From a virus: a stretch of DNA of 36,832 bases. Both the position numbers and the translations under genes were made by a program. The stretch spans positions 1 through 36,832 of the IMG/VR virus record IMGVR_UViG_3300020045_005151; one strand, given 5' to 3'. Below the pieces are notes generated by a model, which was given only the letters and a program-made list of their open reading frames with translations, was not told the DNA's origin and did not search any database. Shown in pieces: positions 25,253 to 32,807 of the stretch (its first letter is position 1; every line of letters begins with the position of its first letter).

Positions 25253-25319
25253 AAGTAGTGAGCGATAAGAAAAAAATACGATCCATTGAATTAAGACACT
25301 CACTACTTATGTCTTTTTT
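25253..25319 (+). promoter_or_regulatory. terminator hairpin plus upstream 10-nt complement of its loop (attenuator-like)
   Basis: AAGTAGTGAG (25253-25262) pairs with CTCACTACTT (25299-25308). Terminator stem AAGACA (25293-25298) / TGTCTT (25310-25315), followed by a T-run. Confidence 0.45.
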
Positions 25320-25379
25320 CGGTGGCTTTTTTCAACACTAAAGCGTTGAATTTAGTTTTAACTTAAATAAATATAAATT

Positions 25380-26453
25380 ATGTCAAAAGATTTAGCTTTA
25401 CAGCAAACAGAATGGGATTTACACGAAAATCCAGAAACATTAATTCCTTTGGAATTTACAGAAGAAATTAAACCTGATTTATTCGGTTTAGAAGTTGCAA
25501 AAGCAACCGAAATGGTTAGCGGACTTTCAACAACTTTAGCTGAAAGAGAAGTATTAAAAAGTGCTTATGTTGATGTTATTAATTTAGAAATAACAACAGA
25601 AACATTACCTACATTTAAAGAATTACGTTTAAAGATTGTTAAGAATAGAACACAAGGACTTGACAAATGGAAAGAAAAAGAAAAGGCTTTTTATTTAGCT
25701 GGTGGTAATTTTATACAAGCTATTTATAATAAAGAATTGCGAGTAAATCAAGAAATGGAAGCTAAATTAATGGAAGCTGAAAAGTTCTTTGAAAACCAAG
25801 AAAAAGAAAAAGCACGTTTATTAAATGAGTCACGAATCGAAAGATTAAAACCTTATGTTGAAGATACAACTGGTTTAGATTTTGCAGTAATGACAGATGA
25901 AGATTTCGATGATTATTTATTAGGCAAAAAAACACGTTTTGAAAATGAACAAAAAGAACGTGAGGTCGAATCGTTAAGAATTGAAAATGAAAGATTGGCA
26001 GAAATTGAAAGACAAAAAGCTATACAAGAAGAAAACGAGCGTTTGAAAAAAGAAGCAGAAGAAAAAGAAAAGGCACTTGAATTAGAACGTAAAGCACAAG
26101 CCGAAAAAGAAGCTAAACTAAAAGCTGAATCTGATGCTATTTTAAAAGATGAACAAGAAAAACAAGCTAAAGAACGTGCTGAACAAGAAGCAAAATTAAA
26201 AGCAGAACGTGAGGCAAAAGAAAAACTTGAAGCAGAAATAAAAGCTAAATCAGATGCAGAAGCTAAAGCAAAATTAGAAGCGCAAAAAGAAGCTGAAAAA
26301 TTAGCAAAAGCACCAATTAAAAAACAATTAAATGTTTGGGTTAATTCTTTTATTTTACCAACTACAAACGTAGATAATGAAGCATCAAAAAGTATTATAG
26401 AAAAATTTGAAGCGTTTAAAAAATGGAGTTTATCAGAAGTAGAAAAACTTTAG
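25380..26453 (+). CDS. coiled-coil protein of the replication/recombination module (357 aa), possibly DUF1351-like
   Basis: ORF track. Long E/K/A-rich repeat region (EAKLKAE...). The family assignment is tentative and from memory. Confidence 0.55.
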   Translation: MSKDLALQQTEWDLHENPETLIPLEFTEEIKPDLFGLEVAKATEMVSGLSTTLAEREVLKSAYVDVINLEITTETLPTFKELRLKIVKNRTQGLDKWKEKEKAFYLAGGNFIQAIYNKELRVNQEMEAKLMEAEKFFENQEKEKARLLNESRIERLKPYVEDTTGLDFAVMTDEDFDDYLLGKKTRFENEQKEREVESLRIENERLAEIERQKAIQEENERLKKEAEEKEKALELERKAQAEKEAKLKAESDAILKDEQEKQAKERAEQEAKLKAEREAKEKLEAEIKAKSDAEAKAKLEAQKEAEKLAKAPIKKQLNVWVNSFILPTTNVDNEASKSIIEKFEAFKKWSLSEVEKL

Positions 26454-26535
26454 CACTTTATAAAGCACGAAAAAAAGCAACTGATAATCTGCAAAAATAT
26501 TTATTCGAGAAACGGAATAATCAAAAATAATTCAT

Positions 26536-26610
26536 TATCTTTACAATTCAATAATAATCAGATGCAAGGTTTCGGCATCGTAACTCGAAACCATAAATAA
26601 ATATATTATT
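26536..26610 (+). promoter_or_regulatory. TATCTTTA box, H-type pseudoknot candidate and AU-rich tract upstream of the SSB-like gene
   Basis: S1 GATGC (26561-26565) / GCATC (26575-26579). S2 GGTTTCG (26568-26574) / CGAAACC (26586-26592). Then ATAAATAAATATATTATT up to ATG 26611. Confidence 0.45.
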
Positions 26611-27309
26611 ATGAGTACTTCAAACAGACGCCAAGCGTTTAACACTCCACAATCAAATCCAGCTTCTAAATTCTTTGACTGGAAATCAAATGACAAATGT
26701 TTTTCTTATTATGATAAAGAAAAACAAGAAAATGTTTTAGTTCCTTTGCCTTTTAAATTTTTAGTATTAGACGAATTACATTCGATTAAGGGTTGGAATG
26801 ATGCAACATCAAGCGGTATTTTTTCAAATGAAGTGAAATTCATTTCAAAAGAAACAATGACAGTCAAACCATTTAAAGGAAATGAAATTGCAAAAGGTTT
26901 ATATAAAGACATCAAAGAGAAAGTTGTTTCAGCTGGTGGTCACTATGTAAAATCTATTTACATTATGTTAGAGGATGGTTCTTTGGCTAATATTCAATTA
27001 AAAGGTTCAGCAGTTCAAAAGTGGGGGGAGTTCACACAAAAAACTCGTAACAGATTACCTGATGAATGGGTAATTGTTTCAAAGTCTTTAGAGGGTAAAA
27101 AAGGAGCGGTTAAATTTAATACTCCTGAGTTTACATTTGAGCGTTCAATTTCAGATAGTGAAGCGGATTTAGCAGATGAGGCTTTCAACACTTTAGAAAC
27201 ATATCTAAAAGCGTACTTAGTAAAATCAGAGCCAGTTATAGATGATATAGATGATAGTTCAACCTATGCTGGTGTAGAACCTAATTCAGGAGACCCTTTA
27301 GATTTCTAG
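26611..27309 (+). CDS. putative single-stranded DNA-binding protein with acidic C-terminal tail (232 aa)
   Basis: Position in the replication module. Acidic tail ...IDDIDDSSTYAGVEPNSGDPLDF ends in an aromatic residue, as in SSB and T7 gp2.5. The core fold was not recognised by eye. Confidence 0.4.
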   Translation: MSTSNRRQAFNTPQSNPASKFFDWKSNDKCFSYYDKEKQENVLVPLPFKFLVLDELHSIKGWNDATSSGIFSNEVKFISKETMTVKPFKGNEIAKGLYKDIKEKVVSAGGHYVKSIYIMLEDGSLANIQLKGSAVQKWGEFTQKTRNRLPDEWVIVSKSLEGKKGAVKFNTPEFTFERSISDSEADLADEAFNTLETYLKAYLVKSEPVIDDIDDSSTYAGVEPNSGDPLDF

Positions 27310-27330
27310 ACTAAAAATAACACAACTATT

Positions 27331-27358
27331 AAAAACCCTCTTTATTGAGGGTTTTTTT
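27331..27358 (+). terminator. intrinsic terminator (A-tract / stem / T-tract, potentially bidirectional)
   Basis: CCCTC (27336-27340) / GAGGG (27347-27351), flanked by A5 and T7. Confidence 0.7.
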
Positions 27359-27365
27359 ATTGATT

Positions 27366-27460
27366 GAAAGTGCGAAGTTTTTTCGTTATATATACCCCCT
27401 TAAAAAAAACTTTTCATTTTCAGAGGGGGGTGTAAAAAAATTAAAAAACTTCGCACTTTC
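27366..27460. repeat. perfect 18-bp inverted repeat with 59-bp spacer containing a C5/G6 inner inverted repeat
   Basis: GAAAGTGCGAAGTTTTTT (27366-27383) and AAAAAACTTCGCACTTTC (27443-27460). Inner arms ACCCCCT (27394-27400) / AGGGGGGT (27424-27431). Confidence 0.85.
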
Positions 27461-27550
27461 GTACTATTTTATAAAAATACCAATAAATATAATGCTTTAC
27501 AAAGGACGAAGTTAATTTTAAACTTCGCACTTAAAAAAAACTTCGTACTA

Positions 27551-27583
27551 TTGTTTTTTATATCAATTTTATTATTATCTTTG
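27551..27583 (+). promoter_or_regulatory. Bacteroidota-type promoter TTG-N22-TATCTTTG for the replication operon
   Basis: TTG at 27551-27553 and TATCTTTG at 27576-27583, 41 nt upstream of ATG 27625. Confidence 0.5.
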
Positions 27584-27624
27584 CTTTACTTCTGACAATA
27601 CAAAGACATTATATTAATCCCATA

Positions 27625-30051
27625 ATGAAACCGAAGTCAGAAGCGGTGGATTTATGGGATTTCTTATTTATAAAAAATATGCAAGATATTAATATTTCAG
27701 TTTTTAAGGAACTACTAAAAGCACAAGACGTACCTTATATAATTCCACTTTGGAAATGTTTTGAACGTATTAAACAAGGTAAATCAAAAGAACTTGTAAA
27801 ATTGGTGCGTGAAGCCGAAACAAAAGAAATAGCCGATAGATTAAAACAAAAACTACCTTGTATAGTATTCGGTGGTGAGTTTAAAGAACGCAACAAAGAT
27901 GGTTTAATTAATCATAGCGGTTTAATGGTTGTTGATTTTGATAAGTATCCAACAGATGAGGTTATGTTTGACCACTTACACGAACTTAAAAAAAACAATC
28001 ATTTTGTTTCTTTGTTTATTTCCCCAAGTGGAAAAGGAATAAAAGGGGTTGTTAAAATTCCAATATGCAATAAGATTGAACACGAAAAATATTTTAAAGC
28101 GTTTAATAATCACTTTCAATATGAGTATTTTGATAAATCAAATTGCAATGTTGATAGGGTATGTTTTGAGAGTTATGATGAGGATATTTATATAAATTAC
28201 AATGCCACTACTTACGAACCTACTTTAATAGATGAGGGTTTTGAAGTAAAGGATAAAGTACCGTTAATACCAATTGATGACGAGGGTATTATTATTGAAA
28301 AAATAATGAAATTCAATTGGAGCAAAGATTTTGTAGAGGGCGAACGTAATAGTTATATTTTCGATTTAGCTGGTGCATTTTGTGAGTATGGTATTTCAGA
28401 GCATACCGCTTTAGGATATATCCAAAACAATGTAGTTTATGGTGACTTTTCAGAAAGTGAAACAAAAAACACAATTAAGTCCGCATACAAAAGACGTGCT
28501 TTTAATTCAAAGTATTTTGAGAATTACCAACAGATTGATAGGATTAAAACAGATTTAAAGATAGGTAAAAAGGAAGTACTTGAAAAGTACAACATTGAGG
28601 AGTATGTTTACAATGAAATAAAGGAAGTATCAGAAGCCGAAGATTTTTGGTACATTATCGTAAATGAAAAGACTAATAAGGAAAAGATTTGTATAAGTCC
28701 AATAAAATATAAATACTTTTTAGAGCGTAATGGATTTAAAAAACATTTCCCAAATGAAAGTGATAAACCGCAATTTGTAGCAATACAATCTAATAAGGTT
28801 AAATTAACCTCAACATCAAAGATTAAGGATTTTGTTTTAGACTTCTTAATGGAACGTAAAGAGATTGATGTTTGGAACTATTGCGCTAATTATCAAAATT
28901 TATTTAGTGAGCAGTTTCTTCTAATGTTAGAAAGTATTGATTTGATAATGTTGAATGATAATAGAGATACTTCTTATTTAGCTTTTAAGAATGGAATTTT
29001 AGAGATTACTAATAAAGATATTAGTTTAGTAGATTATATTGATGTTGATGGCTATATTTGGGAAAGCCACATATTAGATAGGGAATTCATAAAAGTTGAT
29101 AATTTTGAAAATGATTATCAGAAATTCGTTAACAATATTTCAGCAAACGAACCTTTTCCTATTGAGGTTACTATTGGTTATTTATTATCTACTTATAAGA
29201 ATAGAAGTAATAACAAAGCGGTTATTTTAAATGATGAGATTATTTCAGATAATCCTGAGGGTGGAACTGGAAAAGGTTTATTTGTTCAAGGTTTATCACA
29301 GATAAGAAACACATCAATTATCGATGGCAAACAATTTGATAGTAAGAAATCATTTGCTTATCAGACCGTTTCTTTAGATACTAAGATATTGGTTTTTGAT
29401 GACGTTAAAAAGAATTTTGATTTTGAGGATAAGTTTTCACTTGTTACAGAGGGTATGACTTTAGAGCGTAAAAATAAAGACGCTATTAAACTAAACGTAC
29501 ACGATAGTCCTAAAATTGTAATGAGTACCAATTACGCTATTAAAGGCGAGGGAAATTCACACAACAGACGTAGACACGAAATAGAAATAGCACAATATTA
29601 CGGAAGCGATTTAACACCCGACCAAGAATTTGGAAAACAATTATTTGACGAGTGGAGTTTAGAGGATTTTAATAAGTTTGATAATTATATGGTTTATTGT
29701 TTACAAATGTATCTTAAGTCAGGACTTGTAAAACAAAATGCTAAAAATATCAAATTAAGAAAATTCATAGCTGAAACAAATATGGATTTCTTCGAGTGGG
29801 TTTCAGATTGTGAAAACTTCCCTATTAATCAAAGAAACGATAAGAGCCAATATTTTAACGCTTTTGTTAATGATAATAAAGATTTTGATAAATGGTTAAA
29901 ACGAAACCGATTTAATATTTGGGTTCAAAAATACGCATCATATAAAGAGTATCGATTTGAACAAGGTTCAAGTAATGGTTTAAAATGGTTTGGTATTTTT
30001 GAGAAAGGAATTGAAAATAATGTTGAAGATAACGACGGAATAGATTTTTAA
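27625..30051 (+). CDS. primase-helicase: BT4734/VirE-N-like primase domain plus D5/P4-type NTPase (808 aa)
   Basis: N-terminus HSGLMVVDFDKYP...FISPSGKGIKGVVKI...VCFESYD. Walker A NPEGGTGKG and Walker B ILVFDDV. Acidic C-terminus ...NNVEDNDGIDF. Confidence 0.8.
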   Translation: MKPKSEAVDLWDFLFIKNMQDINISVFKELLKAQDVPYIIPLWKCFERIKQGKSKELVKLVREAETKEIADRLKQKLPCIVFGGEFKERNKDGLINHSGLMVVDFDKYPTDEVMFDHLHELKKNNHFVSLFISPSGKGIKGVVKIPICNKIEHEKYFKAFNNHFQYEYFDKSNCNVDRVCFESYDEDIYINYNATTYEPTLIDEGFEVKDKVPLIPIDDEGIIIEKIMKFNWSKDFVEGERNSYIFDLAGAFCEYGISEHTALGYIQNNVVYGDFSESETKNTIKSAYKRRAFNSKYFENYQQIDRIKTDLKIGKKEVLEKYNIEEYVYNEIKEVSEAEDFWYIIVNEKTNKEKICISPIKYKYFLERNGFKKHFPNESDKPQFVAIQSNKVKLTSTSKIKDFVLDFLMERKEIDVWNYCANYQNLFSEQFLLMLESIDLIMLNDNRDTSYLAFKNGILEITNKDISLVDYIDVDGYIWESHILDREFIKVDNFENDYQKFVNNISANEPFPIEVTIGYLLSTYKNRSNNKAVILNDEIISDNPEGGTGKGLFVQGLSQIRNTSIIDGKQFDSKKSFAYQTVSLDTKILVFDDVKKNFDFEDKFSLVTEGMTLERKNKDAIKLNVHDSPKIVMSTNYAIKGEGNSHNRRRHEIEIAQYYGSDLTPDQEFGKQLFDEWSLEDFNKFDNYMVYCLQMYLKSGLVKQNAKNIKLRKFIAETNMDFFEWVSDCENFPINQRNDKSQYFNAFVNDNKDFDKWLKRNRFNIWVQKYASYKEYRFEQGSSNGLKWFGIFEKGIENNVEDNDGIDF

Positions 30052-30054
30052 GTT

Positions 30055-31359
30055 ATGAGCAAACAATTAAGAGATTACCAGATAAGAATATCTAAAGATG
30101 GAACTGACATATTAAAAGCAAAGAAAATACTTTGTCTTTTTATGGAGGTGAGAACAGGTAAGACTGCAACCGCTTTGGATATATGCAAAAACTTTGGAGC
30201 GAAAAAGGTTCTATTCATTACAAAAATTAAAGCCTTTACATCGATTGAAAATGATTATTGGGATTTCGGCTATTTAGGTAATTTTGATTTAACTATTATA
30301 AATAGAGAATCATTACATAAAATAGAAACAAACGATTTTGATGTAGTTATTATTGATGAGGTTCACGGATATACTTCTTATCCTAAACCATCGAAATATC
30401 ATAAAGACGTTAAGTCAAGGTTTGGAGATATTCCTATGATTATGTTAAGCGGAACACCAACACCTGAAAGCTATTCACAATATTATCATTTGTTTACTTT
30501 ATCAAATCATTCGCCTTTCAAAGATTATAAAAACTTTTATCAGTGGGCAAATGAGTATGTAGATATTAAATTGAAATACTTAGGTTATGCACAAGTTAAA
30601 GACTATTCTAATGCACGAAAAAAAGACTTTTGGCATCATATAAGATACCATATTCTAACATTCACACAAGAACAAGCTGGATTTACAACCGATGTAAAAG
30701 AGAATGTTTTAAAGGTTAAAATGAAACCTATCACTTATGCAATAACTGATAAATTAATAAAGGATTTAGTAGTTACATCAAAGTCAAGCGGTAAGCAAAT
30801 CATAGCCGATACTGGTGTTAAATTACAACAAAAGATACATCAATTGTTTAGCGGTACAATTAAATATGAAGACGGAACTACACAAGTAATTGACGACACT
30901 AAAGCACAATTTATAAAAGAAAAGTTTAAAGGTAAAAAGATAGCTATATTTTATAATTTTGTTGCAGAGTTGGAAATGCTTAAGTCAACATTTGGAACAC
31001 AATTAACAACCGACTTAAACGAATTTAATGCAACAAATAAAAATATAGCTTTGCAGATTGTTTCAGGGCGTGAGGGAATAAGTTTAGCAAAAGCAGATTA
31101 TCTTATATTTTTAAATTTGCATTTTTCAGCAGTTAGTTACTTTCAAGCTAAAGACCGATTGACTACAATGGATAGGAAATCAAACGATATTTATTGGATA
31201 TTTGCAGAGAATGGAATAGAAGAAAAGATTTATAATAAAGTATTAATGAAAAAAGATTATACAAATGAAACCTTTAAAAAAGACTTCGGAATTAAGCGAA
31301 CAAGCAATACAAAAGAAAATTATCAATCAGCTCGAGTACGAGGGTTACTTAGTTCTTAA
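30055..31359 (+). CDS. SNF2/DEAD-like superfamily 2 helicase (434 aa)
   Basis: LRDYQ, Walker A EVRTGKT, DEAH-type box VIIDEVH, LSGTP and C-terminal QAKDRL. Confidence 0.8.
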   Translation: MSKQLRDYQIRISKDGTDILKAKKILCLFMEVRTGKTATALDICKNFGAKKVLFITKIKAFTSIENDYWDFGYLGNFDLTIINRESLHKIETNDFDVVIIDEVHGYTSYPKPSKYHKDVKSRFGDIPMIMLSGTPTPESYSQYYHLFTLSNHSPFKDYKNFYQWANEYVDIKLKYLGYAQVKDYSNARKKDFWHHIRYHILTFTQEQAGFTTDVKENVLKVKMKPITYAITDKLIKDLVVTSKSSGKQIIADTGVKLQQKIHQLFSGTIKYEDGTTQVIDDTKAQFIKEKFKGKKIAIFYNFVAELEMLKSTFGTQLTTDLNEFNATNKNIALQIVSGREGISLAKADYLIFLNLHFSAVSYFQAKDRLTTMDRKSNDIYWIFAENGIEEKIYNKVLMKKDYTNETFKKDFGIKRTSNTKENYQSARVRGLLSS

Positions 31360-31549
31360 ATTGATAAAATGCAATAAGAATGGTTATCCTGACTTATTAG
31401 CGGTTAAAAATAACGATATTATGTTTATTGAAGTTAAACGACCAAGTGGAAAACTATCTGAACTTCAAAAAGTAAGAATAAACGAAATGAAATTAAAAGG
31501 TATTAATGTAAAATGTTGGACTGCGTATGGATGCGATTTTGAATATTAA
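31265..31549 (+). CDS. VRR-NUC domain nuclease (94 aa)
   Basis: GYPDLLAV...MFIEVKRPSGKLSELQ matches the VRR-NUC PD-(D/E)xK signature. Its only ATG overlaps the helicase gene by 95 nt. Confidence 0.75.
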   Translation: MKPLKKTSELSEQAIQKKIINQLEYEGYLVLKLIKCNKNGYPDLLAVKNNDIMFIEVKRPSGKLSELQKVRINEMKLKGINVKCWTAYGCDFEY

Positions 31550-31772
31550 AGGAGTTAAGTTAGGTTTACATTTTGAAACACAAACAAGTCCTAACGGACG
31601 TCCTATTCGATTAAGCGGAATAGGTAAAAACGTAAAACTTGCTGAAAAGTATGTTGATGGTTCTTATAAAAATCATTGGATTTATACATTTCGCTATTTA
31701 GATGCTATTGATGGCTTTATAAGTTTTGAGTTTGATTATTATGGGATTTTTGTAGGAGCTGTTAAGTCATAG
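31527..31772 (+). CDS. hypothetical protein (81 aa)
   Basis: ORF track. Confidence 0.5.
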   Translation: MDAILNIKGVKLGLHFETQTSPNGRPIRLSGIGKNVKLAEKYVDGSYKNHWIYTFRYLDAIDGFISFEFDYYGIFVGAVKS

Positions 31773-31853
31773 ACAAACAAAAAGATTTTAGTAAACGATA
31801 GGGAAAATCCGAGAGTTGAAGAAAGAGATTGAATATTATAATTACGGAATAAG

Positions 31854-32609
31854 ATGAAAAAAGTTATTTGGAGTTTATTTGATAGCGAAACTGCTATAAC
31901 ACAATTATTAAATAATGATGAGTATATTGTTTATTCAATTGGATTGCCAAGTTCGTCAGCTATTACAGATAATTTTATAAAAATAGATTTAAGCAAAAAA
32001 AGTTGTTTAAGTAAATTAGAAAAATTACCTAAACCAGATATTATTTTTGCGAGTCCGCCTTGTGAAACTTGGGTAAATGTAAGTATTGGAAATGTCGGAA
32101 AATATAATAGAAATTTTAACGAATATAATTTGTACTGGCAAAAAGATTTTAAACCAAATAACTTTGCAAAACATCATAGACAAAACAGATTATTAGGACA
32201 AAAAACAGCTTTTTATACTGCTGAAATAATAAAAAAGTTTAATCCTAATTTTTGGTGTATTGAAAATGGGAGTACTTCAATTATTTTCAAGTACTTAAAT
32301 ATTTATCATAAATTACAAGGATGTAAGAATTTATGTTATTATGATAATTACGATAAAATAAACTTTTCTCCAAAACCAACTTACTTTTATTCAAATAAAA
32401 AAATGTTGTTAAAAAAACAAATGATAAAATACAATAACAACAGGATAACAAGAAATGTTAATTTTAATAATAAAATAAAAAACGGAACAATTAATTTAGA
32501 AGATTATAATATTAAAAAAGATTATTGCGAACGTTCAAAAGTTCCAATAGAATTATATAAACACATTTTATTAATTTACGAGGGCAAACAACAGCTTTCT
32601 ATGTTTTAA
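31854..32609 (+). CDS. C5-cytosine-methyltransferase-like protein with degenerate AdoMet motif (251 aa)
   Basis: IIFASPPCETWS (motif IV Pro-Cys) and RQNRLLGQKTAFYTAEIIKKFNPNFWCIENG (motifs V-VI, ENV-like). Motif I position reads SLFDSETA instead of FxGxG. Confidence 0.5.
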   Translation: MKKVIWSLFDSETAITQLLNNDEYIVYSIGLPSSSAITDNFIKIDLSKKSCLSKLEKLPKPDIIFASPPCETWVNVSIGNVGKYNRNFNEYNLYWQKDFKPNNFAKHHRQNRLLGQKTAFYTAEIIKKFNPNFWCIENGSTSIIFKYLNIYHKLQGCKNLCYYDNYDKINFSPKPTYFYSNKKMLLKKQMIKYNNNRITRNVNFNNKIKNGTINLEDYNIKKDYCERSKVPIELYKHILLIYEGKQQLSMF

Positions 32610-32685
32610 ACTACTTCTTTTATTGTATTGTTATTTAGAATGAATATAAATAAACGACCAATGTAAAAGCTATTAAATTTTTTAT

Positions 32686-32795
32686 TACTTTTACATAGTC
32701 ATTAAAAAGATACTTGTACTATCTGACAAAAAACATTACAGCCTTATTTCCAAATCAATTGTACAAGAGTTGAGAGTAGAAATAAGGCATTTTTA
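32686..32795 (+). promoter_or_regulatory. TACTTTTA box plus structured leader with large-loop terminator hairpin before ATG 32808
   Basis: GCCTTATTTC (32741-32750) / GAAATAAGGC (32779-32788), followed by A and T5. The 28-nt loop contains GTACAAG (32761-32767), complementary to CTTGTAC (32713-32719). Confidence 0.45.
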
Positions 32796-32807
32796 ATTAA
32801 TATAGTT

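Noticed and set aside
25960-26300. A repetitive GAAGC/AAAGC-rich DNA stretch, considered as a possible tandem repeat or array.
   Set aside because: It is an imperfect coding low-complexity region (the E/K/A coiled coil of the 357-aa protein). It has no fixed period and no spacer structure, so it is not a CRISPR array or satellite.
31240-31290. The A-rich tract TTTAAAAAAG in the helicase/VRR-NUC overlap, considered as a programmed frameshift site fusing the two proteins.
   Set aside because: The nuclease frame is +1 relative to the helicase, not -1. The tract does not form an X XXY YYZ heptamer in the helicase frame. The nuclease also has its own ATG at 31265.
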